Shown here: one piece after another, positions 50,446-61,072 of the stretch | Position numbering within the stretch: the first letter of the stretch is position 1 | How the letters are laid out: every line of letters begins with the position of its first letter | Assembly (NCBI GenBank): GCA_976226885.1 | Contig: OZ320317.1 | Location: forward strand, 75,206,001-75,270,000 | Direction of reading: 5' to 3' | Origin: Iphione sp. A-MEVVRFRX5 | Taxonomy: Eukaryota | DNA: 64,000 bases | Translations under genes and position numbers: made by a program | The notes under the pieces: generated by a model | What the model saw: the letters and a program-made list of their open reading frames with translations, nothing else | Database searches by the model: none | Told to the model about the DNA's origin: nothing

Positions 50446-51140
50446 CAGTGGAGACTCTAACAACAGAGGCCCGGCAACAGCGGACGACCCCTACAACGGA
50501 CGCCCTGAGGCCAGTCCCAAACAAAAACAGTAAATAATATGGTTACAACTGCCTGGACACAGCGGACACTCAGAGACAGCGGACACTCACCTCTGGACAC
50601 TTGTTTTTCAGTCCCAAACCCTCATTTCACCTAATCTACAGTGGACACCCACCCTGGAGGAGGTGTTGTTGTGCGAATTAAGAGCCACAGAGAGGCCTCA
50701 GAAGTTATTTTCAAAGGTAGACATGAATAACCACTATGAACGAGGTGTTGTCACGTGGAGACTTCTCTTAGTAGCAGGAGGATGGCCAGGGATGAGGGGG
50801 AGCACCTGGAGAGGTGCAAAGACTTCTCTGAGCCTCTCATCCACTCCTTTGATGAGTCCTCACACTTGGGAGAGGTGTGAGCTTGCCCCGACACCCTGGA
50901 GGATGCCCCTTGTCCACTCTCATGATAGAGAGAGAGGGAGAAGGGTCTTTTTTCAATTATTATTGATCTATAATTATTGCTTATTGAACTCTATTGGAAA
51001 ATGTACATGATAGAGAGAAAGAGAGAGACAGAGAAAGAGAGAGAGAGGGAGGGAGAAAGGGGAAGCTCGGACACAGCGGACACCCCCAACAACGGACGCT
51101 TTGACCACAGTCCCATCGATGTCCGCTGTAAGAAATGAAT
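50446..51140 (+). mobile_element. About 700-bp Tigger-like non-autonomous element (family of 180-885) with a GA-rich tract
   Basis: TA|CAGTGGAGACTCT left end, multiple CAGCGGACAC subterminal repeats, right end GATGTCCGCTGTAAG. Confidence 0.7.
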
Positions 51141-52168
51141 TTTAGAAGAGGGATTCTGATTACTTTGATGGCTTCATTAAACATACTGTATGGCAATGTT
51201 CGCTTTGGATGTACGCTTTTTTCGGCCGAGTTCTGGGTATTATGGGATCATCTGAAATGGCCTATATGTGTGGGTGAGACAGTGTCCTGATGGATCTAAC
51301 TGCCCGCTACGATACTTAAGCCATGGTTGAAAGAGGGCTTAGGCCGGTTTTACATGTACACATTGACTTTCACATCAAAATTTGTGTTCTAAGTAATTTT
51401 TGGACAGGTTGGCATGAGATAATAAGAAGTTATGTAGGTTGAGGAATATATTATAGAAAGTCACTGGTTGTGCATCCGTTTCCAGTATAACCCGTCCCAG
51501 ATGGGTTGGTCAAACACAACTGGATGTGAAGGCATTACATACAGACATAAATGAAAAGGCTTGTTGAGTTCAGTGACCACCAAGTAACACAGTCACATCA
51601 ATGGATGTGAGAGCCTGAACAATGGGTACCTGTAAACCCCACCATACGTTTGCATGGGAAACTATAAGTCTTTGCTACCACATATAATTCATAACCCAGA
51701 AGTCAATTATTACCCATACAAAGGCTGGAAAGTATGATTGCTTTAGCAGGACCGTCTATGATTGACCCTATAACAGAATCAACATTGACAAATGACTCCG
51801 GAAGCTATTCACGTTTGATCTCTTATAACTCTAAGATACCCACAGTACATTCCATTCATGGTTTTTACTTCAGAAGCAGCCATAGCGGTTAAAATGTTCT
51901 GAAACCATAAAGAAATACAAATTATTAGTACGAGAGAAACAGACGTTTGACTGTACAGTGGTCTAAGTTGATTGAAGGGTGTGGTCAACCTTCCAGTCGG
52001 AAATCACCCTTAACCCATTCTTTTCAGCCTGTGCTGCTACTTACATCTGCATTTAAGTCACGATATCTGAACAAATCATCACCCAAAACATGCACTGGAT
52101 CACTGATAAACATGGCAAAATGACATACGCGTACATGCACAGATTGCAGCATGCACACCAAACATATA

Positions 52169-52346
52169 CAGTGGAGTCTCTATTTACGACCACCACATGG
52201 GACCAAGCTCAAATGGTCTTATTAGCAAATTTGGTTGGAAATAGACTATAATTTTGTATAGGAATCATCATTTTGGTACCCATTTCAGGTGGTCTGAAAT
52301 AGAGAATAGTTGCAAAATGATATGGTCGTAAATAGAGACTCCACTG
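52169..52346. mobile_element. 178-bp Tigger/pogo MITE (second copy of the 35557 family)
   Basis: Perfect 24-bp TIR CAGTGGAGTCTCTATTTACGACCA / TGGTCGTAAATAGAGACTCCACTG; TA TSD; interior collinear with 35557-35733. Confidence 0.95.
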
Positions 52347-52365
52347 TATACCCCGTATATAAATA

Positions 52366-52534
52366 CAGTCGCAACCTGCTCAACAGGCAACTCGACTAGG
52401 CGACCATCTCATAATTTTTGCTTAGTCCCAATGAGGTACATATAGTGTAAAAATCATTCGGAAATATGACCACCTCGCAGATCTGACTACTTTTGTCTGG
52501 TCCCTAAGGTGGTCACATTGGCGAGTTGCTACTG
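52366..52534. mobile_element. 169-bp older Tigger-like MITE
   Basis: TA|CAGTCGCAACCTG ... CGAGTTGCTACTG|TA, with internal GACC/GGTC and GTCCC motifs. Confidence 0.7.
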
Positions 52535-52800
52535 TACACACCAACAAAGTCCGCACATGATTCAGAGAAACGGGACACATTCAGAAACCCTACCAGAGAC
52601 AATAATTCAGTTTATATATTTACAGCTGCTAGGAGTACTTCCAATTTCATATTCTACAGCTCCTCAAACGAAGCAAAATGGACTTGGAAAGCCTTCGATA
52701 TAATCGACCAACTTTCTTCACATAATAATAATTTTTATCTTTACAGAAAATCTTTACAGTCTTTCTAATCTAATATTGATATTCTCCTTGTCATGCCACG

Positions 52801-53400
52801 AGTAAGTGTAAGAAAACTTTATTCACTCTAACGGCAAAGACCCAAGGCTCTACAGCGAATATCGAAGTAAGTTTTAATAAGGTGAATTACTGAAAAACCT
52901 AGAACAAGTAGATTTTCTGTAAGTGTCGTTCGAACCTGTTCATGGATGACGATTTTAGTGTTGCAGGCAAGGAATTCCAGTCTTTCACTCCTTTATAAAG
53001 AAAACTATTTTTGATTAACATATGACATGGTTGCAATAGTGGTATTCCTTTTGACTTCTCCTTAGGTGTTCTTCCTGCAGTTATAGGTTTTAACTTTTGT
53101 AGTTGCGAAAACATATTGATCAAACAGTCTTTACTCTACAGGTAGATTCCAATGGGGGATATCTTTAATCAGATATGATGTTTTCCGCCATTTATCAATT
53201 TGGTCTTTTCACTGGATATCTCCCTCCATTGACTTGGTCGCAATAGCCTGCCATCCAAAATTTTGAACATATTCATATAATTACCTATCGATTGCTAAAA
53301 CAAATTTGAGACAATGGCAGTTTGGAACACATACATTTATTTTGACCCCAATAAATGGATATTTGATACATTCAAGCGAAAATACTTGCGGAGAAAAAGC
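52801..53400 (-). mobile_element. 3' remnant of a CR1/L2-group LINE
   Basis: NFGWQ (cf. LGW..L..RR) and KNSFLYKGVKDWNSLP (typical post-RT WNxLP motif); AATAAA (52818-52823 on -) and a short TTAC-type tail. Confidence 0.7.
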
Positions 53401-54099
53401 CAACAGGCGTGTATATAAATGTGTATAGAATTAAAAGATTAAATGAAAATGAGGATTAGTTGGGTGGGCAAGCCCAGTCGACGAGAGAATGAGAACGAAC
53501 AGAGGGCAAAGCAGTAATTTATGGATCCCTTAATGGGTGGGGTGGGGGTATGAGAAGCAGAAGCGCCCTCTCTCGCCATGTGCCTTTACACTGTCATTCT
53601 GCCCTCTCATTTCCAGTGACACTGCGACCATTCCACATTTTCTCTGGGGAGGCCATTAGTTTTGTTCGCACTTTGTAGGATGTGTGGCTGACTGAAGTTG
53701 TTTAGTGACTGTATAACAAACTCACCCTGACTGTAATCAGTATGCTATTTCAACAATTTTATGGCTGCCATCTGGCTCTGGTGTGAAGTCCCTGCTCTAA
53801 AAGTTCACACCTAACTGTATTGTTGATGTGATATGTCACTTTGGTTCACAATATCCAGTGACCGGAGGGTGAGGTAACCATATTTTTTGTTTGGCTTTAT
53901 AGGATTACATGGGGAAGTGGTCCGTTCTAAGCAAATTTGACTGTATTTGCCCTCTCATCGCCTACATAAGCTGACAGCATCATGAGGTTTCATCATACAG
54001 GAGAAACTTGCTTTGCGACCACCACTTGGGTCGGCCCAAAATGGTCGTAATTCTGAATATGGTCGCAAAGTGATTGTAGAGGGGGTCTGGGCTTGTAAG

Positions 54100-54218
54100 C
54101 ATATCCTTTTCTCTCTCTCTCTCTACAAATCAATTAGTCTAGTGTATACATGTAATAGTCCATATTAATGCTTCAATGAAGTCATATCCCTTTCTCTCTC
54201 TCTCTCTACAAATCAATT
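54100..54218. repeat. 36-bp direct repeat (CATATCC..(CT)n..ACAAATCAATT), two copies inside the transposon 3' region
   Basis: Copies at 54100-54135 and 54183-54218. Confidence 0.85.
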
Positions 54219-54335
54219 GGTAGAAATAAGAAACAAAACAAAATAATTCAAACTGAAGTGCCCATTTATTCTAGCATATAGATAAGAGTAAAAATAAGAT
54301 AAACAAATCAATAAATAGTATGTTATGAATGAAAA

Positions 54336-55886
54336 TCACTGGGGTTTAAAAAAAGAGTCAATAGTGCACTGTTTCTTCTTGGATTGTTGTACATGCTTGT
54401 CAAAGGAGTTCATGGTGGCCAGTAGGGTCTCCAGGGGGGTGTTGGCACCATGATGGAGAAAGTGATGTCTCAGCTGCTCCATCATGTCCATGGCCTTTGC
54501 ATGGGTGATTGGAGATGGTGATGTGTCTTCTTCTTCTTCATCCTCCTCTTCCTCATGATCCTTCTTTGGCAACAGGTCTGAGTCCACATCCTGATTGTGG
54601 GCTGGGAGACCTGCATCCATGCCACAGTAGTCATCTGGTAGGCATGGATCTACCATAGGGAGGACTCTCTGTGCTTTCCTCACTAATTCTGCCAGTGGGA
54701 TGTTATCTTCTTCATCTTCTTCCTCCTCCTCCTCCTCCTCCTCCACTGGACTGGGCTCATCCAGAATCTTCACTCCAGCTTTGAGGAAGCATTTCCTCAC
54801 TGTCTCAGGTTTCACCAGCTGGAGTGAGTCCCTCACCCAGTAGACCACCCGGTGAAGATCCACAGACTTCATCAGGGACTGAAGGTCTATGGGCCCCTCA
54901 GTGGAGTCAGCCTTCTGGATGAAGTAACTGAGGAGCTTGCTCTTGTAGTGGGACTTCAAATTCTGGATGATGCCCTGATCCAGTGGCTGGAGCTTGGAGG
55001 TAGCATGTGGAGGGAGGAACACCATCTCCACATTGCTTAGGCTCATATCATGTGGATGTGAGGGGGCATTGTCCAACAGTAGGATGACATTTCTCCCTTG
55101 CCTCTTCATCTTGTGGTTGAATTTGTGCACCCACTCCTGGAATATGGAGGATGTCATCCAGGCCCTGGAGTTTGCCTTCCAGGTGACAGGGAGTGTAGAC
55201 ATGTCCACATGCCTGAAGCACCGGGGCTTCTGGGCCTTCCCTATCACCAGGGTCTTTTCAAACTCTCCCTCCATGTTACAACATAGAGAGAGAGTGATCC
55301 TTTCCTTGGATTTCTTGACTCCACTGGCTGAAGATCCTTTCTGGGCAAGGGTCTTGTCTGGCATTATCCTATGGAAGAGCCCGGTCTCATCCATGTTGTA
55401 GATGTCCCGGGGGGCATATCCCCTGAGCTTCTCAGGGAGTTGCTGGAGCCAATCCTCCACTGCCACCTCTGAGACACCACCACTCTCCCCACAGACCTTC
55501 AAGGCCCCAATGGAGTGCCTGGTCTTGAAGCGTTGGAGCCACCCCACTGAGGCCTTGAAGTCTGGCAGGTTGAGCTCCTTGCTCAGGGTCAGGGCCTTCT
55601 TCTGGATGGCAGGCCCTGAGATGGGGATGTTCAGTGACCTCATCCTGCAGAACCACTTGTAGCAGGCTTCATCCAGGTCAGAGAGGTCAGTGGAGTAGTG
55701 GTGCCTCTTGACTGAGGGGTCTGGTGTTTTCTCATACTGCTCCATGATCTCCCTCTTTCTCTTGAGGATACACTGGACTTGAGTCTTGCCCACTTTGAAT
55801 TCTTCAGCAAGACTTCTCTGGCTTCTTCCAGTGGAGACCTTGATGAGCTTCACCTTGTCACCAAGGGAGAGTTCATTTCTTGGCAT
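54336..55886 (-). CDS. pogo/Tigger transposase (CENP-B-like HTH + DDE_1), 516 aa
   Basis: ATG 55886 (MPRNELSLGDKVKLI); HTH-psq-like and CENPB HTH (FKASVGWLQRFKTRH); YNMDETG, LLLDNAPSH, LQPLDQG (DD30D by hand count); C-terminal PIP-box-like QCTIDSFF; AATAAA 66 nt after the stop. Confidence 0.96.
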   Translation of the reverse strand: MPRNELSLGDKVKLIKVSTGRSQRSLAEEFKVGKTQVQCILKRKREIMEQYEKTPDPSVKRHHYSTDLSDLDEACYKWFCRMRSLNIPISGPAIQKKALTLSKELNLPDFKASVGWLQRFKTRHSIGALKVCGESGGVSEVAVEDWLQQLPEKLRGYAPRDIYNMDETGLFHRIMPDKTLAQKGSSASGVKKSKERITLSLCCNMEGEFEKTLVIGKAQKPRCFRHVDMSTLPVTWKANSRAWMTSSIFQEWVHKFNHKMKRQGRNVILLLDNAPSHPHDMSLSNVEMVFLPPHATSKLQPLDQGIIQNLKSHYKSKLLSYFIQKADSTEGPIDLQSLMKSVDLHRVVYWVRDSLQLVKPETVRKCFLKAGVKILDEPSPVEEEEEEEEEDEEDNIPLAELVRKAQRVLPMVDPCLPDDYCGMDAGLPAHNQDVDSDLLPKKDHEEEEDEEEEDTSPSPITHAKAMDMMEQLRHHFLHHGANTPLETLLATMNSFDKHVQQSKKKQCTIDSFFKPQ

Positions 55887-55891
55887 CTTGG

Positions 55892-55937
55892 CTGGAGAGG
55901 TCTGGAGAGGTCTGGAGAGGTCTGGAGAGGTCTGGAG
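55892..55937. repeat. 10-bp tandem repeat (TCTGGAGAGG), about 4.6 copies, immediately 5' of the transposase ATG
   Basis: Directly visible. Confidence 0.95.
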
Positions 55938-56037
55938 GTGTGTCTTCACTGGAATCCAGGAGAAGAGTGATTTCTGGAGCTGTCTGGACCTCCTTATGTA
56001 TGCAAGGTGCTTCAGGTTTGGCGGGAAACGCCCGCGA

Positions 56038-56526
56038 CCACTCTTGGCCTCACCCCTCCAGGGTGAGAGACCATCAAAGTCGTCGAAGTTGACGCCTCGA
56101 CATCCCGCGACCACTCTCGGGCTACCCATCCACGGTGTGAGGAACATCAAAGTCGTCGAAGTTGACGCCTCGACATCCCGCGACCACTCTCGGCCTCACC
56201 CCTCCAGGGTGAGAGACCATCAAAGACGTCCCCGTTGTCGCCCTCGACATCCCGCGACCACTCTCGGGCTACCCCTCCACGGTGTGAGGAACATCAGAGA
56301 CGTCGAAGTTGACGCCTCGACATCCCGCGACCACTCTCGGCCTCACCCCTCCAGGGTGCGAGGACCATCAAAGTCGTCGAAGTTGACGCCTCGACATCCC
56401 GCGACCACTTTCGGCCTCACCCCTCCAGGGTGAGAGACCATCAAAGTCGTCAAAGTTGATGCCTCGACATCCCGCGACCACTCTCGGCCAACCCCTCCAC
56501 GGTGTGAGGAATATCAGAGACGTCGA
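56038..56526. repeat. CpG-rich 73-74-bp minisatellite, about 6.7 units, inside the transposon 5' region
   Basis: Unit starts at 56038, 56111, 56184, 56258, 56331, 56405 and 56478. Confidence 0.97.
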
Positions 56527-57029
56527 TGGTCGCAAAGTGATATTAAAATGTACTAAAAACGACCCTAGGAGGTGTGGTCGGAGGCTGAATATGGTCGCAA
56601 AGCAATATGGTCGCAAAGTGAGTGCCTTTAACATAGGAAATGCACTGAGAATAATTCCGTTCCGACCCAAAATGGTCGCAATAGTCGATTTGGTCGCAAA
56701 GTGAGAGGGTCGCAAAGCGAGTTTCTCCTGTATATTTTAATTCATTAGTTCGGTTAGTTCTTTATGCCCTCTCCTTTCGTCTATACCAGTTACGGACCTT
56801 CTCTTTCTTTCAACCGCTCGACCATTTCCGTCCATTCAATCTCTCCTTTATAAGCGTAGTTCTGTCCATCTTGTTTCTCCCCGTGTATCCCTCCACTCTT
56901 TCATCTCCTCCGTTCCTCCCTCCCTCCCTTCATCTCTGTCTGTTTGTTTGCTTGTCTATCTCCCTCGACGCCTCTGTTTGCTCTCTGTCCTCAGAATTCT
57001 ATGACTCCCTCATCCACTTCTTCCCCGTT

Positions 57030-57430
57030 ACTCGGACGAGTCGCCTGCGATGATGATACCTCTTAGGCCGTCACTCCCTCCTGCCTGGGGCGGCCCCCAG
57101 CTGCTGTACGGCCCCCTGGCGGCCAGGGGGGCGGCGCTCCTCAGTCCTCGGGGAAGCCACAGGTAGCGGCCGGCGGGCCGCGCGCGTGTCACGGCGCGTG
57201 TCGTGGGCGGGGGGGGGGGAGAGAAGGGGGCTTTATGGGAAGGGGCCGGTGGGGGTGGGGGCCCAGAGTGGGAGGAGAGGAGATGGCAGCGAAAAGTAAA
57301 CCTAAAAGTAAAAAGTAAGAGTCCGCGGCTGCGACAGTGACAACGGCGGTTGAAGAATAGAAGGGAAGTATCTGCCATGTTTACGGAGACAGATTGTGGG
57401 GAGTGAGGGGAGTACGTGCGGAGGGTCAGA
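57030..57430. promoter_or_regulatory. GC/CpG island with G-run cluster, 3.6 kb upstream of the second bHLH gene
   Basis: Very high GC and CpG; G-tracts at about 57205-57272. Function inferred. Confidence 0.5.
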
Positions 57431-60279
57431 AAGTAGGCTGACTAGTGAAGAAAAGTCGATTTGTGAGACCAGAAATTGGTGTAGAAAGGAGCGATCGATG
57501 GACGACGGATCGATGAAAGCAAAATGGGTGGTTTAGGAAGTAGAAGACATGGGACGTAGACAAACAGACAATGAAATTGAGAAAGGTAATGAAAAGACAG
57601 AGACGAAAAAAAGATGAGAGCGAAATAGGTAGATTGAACGTGATAGAGAACGAAAACAAGAGGTAGGGAGAGGGAGAGGGTAAAAAATATTGAAATGAGG
57701 AAGGGGGGGGAGAGGGAAGGAGGGGAGATAAGGAAATGAGAAAATTGATGCAGAGAATGTTGATGAGGACACCTTTGTGTACGAAACGTTAGGGTATTTA
57801 AAATCCATGTTCAACCGTTACCCTGCTTGGTATGTGTGTTGCTACGACATAAATGTAGGCCTATATGATGTTTCAAAGTGTTTTAAAGAGAAACAAAAAC
57901 GAAAAAGCGCAGGCAGAGGGAGAGATAGAGAGAGAAAGTGAGAGAAAGATGAGAGACTGAGAGAGAACGAGAGAAGAAATAGAGTGAGGAGAGAGAGGCT
58001 ATAGATTTATCATATATCTTGACAGCGTTTCGTATTGAATCAATGCAAGATTGGACCCAACTCTCGAGCTCAACATCAAAGGAAAATAGATTTGGGGAGA
58101 CCAAATCGATACTGGCTCAAGTGTAAAACAGCATTCTTGGAAATTATATACATGTACATATATGTGCCCGTTTATAAAGCGATGTTTTCTTTTGGGGGCT
58201 ACTAACTTAATCAATATCGTTCTAGTTTCGAGATGTTATGACAGTTCCTCTATCGTGCCAATCTCTCTCTTTTTTTCTCTTTCTCTCCCTCTTTGCATAA
58301 ATTCTCTTTTTCTCCAGTGACCGAACACTTCATCGCTTGAATATAAACGAGTAGACCAAGATGTAATTGAGGTGCATAAGACAAGGTAACATATATACAT
58401 TATTTTAGTACTTTATGTCAAACGTGTGAATGTTTTGATACTAAATAAAAATGGGAAATCATTGACACTTTCAGTACATTGGTGTCAGTTGTAGTAGTTG
58501 TATAAACCTATACTCTTAGATATGGAAAACCATCTTTTACTATATAGAACAGAGTTTTTAAAAAGTGTTAGAAGCCTACACTAATATAAATCCTGTTATC
58601 TCTATTAACACATAGGTGTTGAATTTATTAAATATCAAGATGTATATATAAAAAGGAATTAGACAAGTGTTAAAACTTAACCACTGTTTTCACACAGTAT
58701 ATTTCTACTGTGCTGGTTTTGTAATAACGTCCGAAGAGGAAAACCTTCCTCCTTTCATAGAGAAAACATAATAACACCTAAATGAACATGGGATAAAACC
58801 TATGTTTGGCAGAAAGGAGGTCTGCTAAGCAGAACAAGTAAAAACCTCTCATAGGGAGAGACCAAGGGATGCAGGGCGACAGGCTGGACATAGAAAACAG
58901 AGATAGACAAACACGCAAATCAAGGAGGAAGTAGGAGACAAAGAGAAAAGGACACTTCTAATCCAATAAGGAGACACATGATTGATCCAATAATTAAAGA
59001 GGGTTTTTTACAGACACTACTTCTAAAACAAATACATGTTCATTGACATGTCTCTCGTCAAAAACGAAAAAGTTAAAGGGCGATGATAGAGATTAAGGCC
59101 ACAGAAAAGACAGAATAGGCAGCTTAATAATAGTAATAATGATGGGTGGGCCGGCGTGACTTCACGCAAAACCATGTAAGTGTTGCCACCTCGGGTCTCC
59201 TTCCCCCTTAGACCGGCGGGAAACGGTGTACTTGATCGCTTCTTTAACCTCCTCCATCCCCTCAGGTATACCTACCACCTGATCTCCACCACTCGTCGCA
59301 CCCCTGCGATCCACCGTGTGAAATCCTTGGTGAATAGACCAATGGAAAAAGAGCCGACGCTCCCTATGGGGATGATTCTTTAGAAAAGACAACATTGTTG
59401 TCACCCCCAAGATTTATAAGCAAAAGTGAACCCCCTTCCAGCTTGCGCTTCTCTTACCGTCGGCTTTTCCGGCCATTTCTCAGTGAATATATCATCTGTA
59501 TTCTGTCACTGCAGTGGTAACAACATCTTCACAGGAAGCTCAAACTGCGATATTGATCATTCTTTTTACCGTGTGCCTCTTTTCACAGGTCTGTTTCTTT
59601 TCTCGTGAATTCATGTGTTATTCCTGTTTGTCGGAGCGTATTTGTATATGTAGTGGCCGTTTGTGTGCCTCCATGATCGTATGCCTTAGTCAACCTATCC
59701 CAATTTTAATATCTTTTTGTACATGAATATTTACGAATTTGCGTATCATCGCACTCTCATGCATATAATTTTCTGCGTTATATTTTTGCTAAAGAAGTAA
59801 GATGTGCTCGTCTCATGCCGTGGTAGAGTGTATGAGTACGAATGCATGTGTCCTTTTGAGTATATGCACTAATGGTTATTTACTTGTCTCTCGTCAATTT
59901 TTTCTAGGTCTCTCTATACGTATGAGATTATCAAAGTGCACGTCTTTGTTGACTCATGCATGTATGTGCATGAGTTAATCATACATGTGCAGGCGTGATT
60001 CTGTGTACGCTACAGGACGCTTGTTGGTAAGTGCAAGAGGGTTCGTTAGGGAAGTGCAGATGGGCTTTCATTGAGTCCTGCAAAATTGTAACTAATGTAT
60101 CCCTTTCTATGAATATATCTCAGTGTACATACGTTCGTGGCATTGGCAGTGTCAGTACGTGAGTAATACTTCCAGTCTGTCTGTATGTTTGACAGTGAGC
60201 TGTAGGTTAATATCATTAAGCCCAGCGAAGATGGCACCAGCGATGCATCATAATGTCGCCGCCCTCGGCTGCGAAAACG

Positions 60280-60430
60280 AGGCCCCGAGGTCACGTGGTC
60301 CTGTCATGGCTGATTGCCCCTCCCGCCGCTAGGGGAGCATGTGGTATCTAATTACAGCGTCACGCATGCGTGCTGGCAGCTTCCAATATGGCGGCGACCG
60401 CAGACGCCGTCATGATGGCTATATAAGGAA
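60280..60430 (+). promoter_or_regulatory. Candidate core promoter of the second bHLH gene
   Basis: CpG-rich; GTCACGTG E-box (about 60290), CCAAT (60383-60387) overlapping YY1-like AATATGGCGGC, TATATAAG (60420-60427). Confidence 0.5.
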
Positions 60431-60706
60431 GTAATGTTGGGGAGGGTGCTGAGAAACTGTGAGATTTTGAGCCGGAGCCCACACACCGAATTGGTGCGTC
60501 GAATAGTATCTGCCAACGCGCAAAACAGCACCGCAGTATACTACATGTACTCGCACCGATACTGGGCGTAGTACCTGACTTCCTATCGATAACAACTGTG
60601 GCCTTCAGTATCATCCCTGTTGGCATCACAACTCCGACAGTCACACCTGAAGTCACGCATAGCCTTGGGGGCCATCACATCGAACCCCACACGTCTAACT
60701 AATGTC

Positions 60707-60795
60707 TGCTACACCGGATCACCATCTGAACTACTGTTTGCTACACCCAATCAACATCTGAACTGCTATCTGCTGCACCCGATCAACCACCATCA
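60707..60795. repeat. 32-bp tandem repeat (TGCTACACC..ATCA.CATCTGAACT), about 2.7 copies
   Basis: Unit starts at 60707, 60739 and 60771. Confidence 0.85.
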
Positions 60796-61072
60796 ACCAG
60801 CACGTACCACCTTCGAGATCACTTGTATCGTCCACCCATCATCATCGGTAGCCTTAGCGATCACTCGCCACCATAGATCGATATCTTCTTTTAAAGTTCA
60901 ACAACCACAGTCATAACTAAAAGCCTCTGACCCTTTCCCAACTGCCCACATCGATAGAGGACAGTCATGCCACTGCGGTTACTCGAATTCTTGTCGTGAG
61001 AACGTCTGTTTTTGGCCTGGTGACTGAATTGAGGGAAGGAGGTCTACCTCGTCACCCCCGCCGGGATCCAAG

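Larger units (their letters stand above)
53998..56730 (-). mobile_element. Full-length pogo/Tigger (Tc1/mariner superfamily) DNA transposon, 2733 bp
   Basis: 23-bp TIRs CAGGAGAAACT(T/C)GCTTTGCGACC (1 mismatch); TA at 53996-53997 and 56731-56732; subterminal GGTCGCAAAG repeats at both ends; intact transposase. Confidence 0.97.

Noticed and set aside
55887-56150. 88-aa N-terminal extension of the transposase in the ORF track
   Set aside because: Encoded by the 10-bp and 73-bp repeats; the pogo HTH begins at M 55886. Translation is not excluded but is unsupported.
55786-56715. Repetitive ORFs (215 aa + strand and others)
   Set aside because: Translations of the minisatellite.
59162-59410. GC-rich patch with short ORFs on both strands
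   Set aside because: No domain or splice support; could be regulatory or a repeat fragment but is not assignable.
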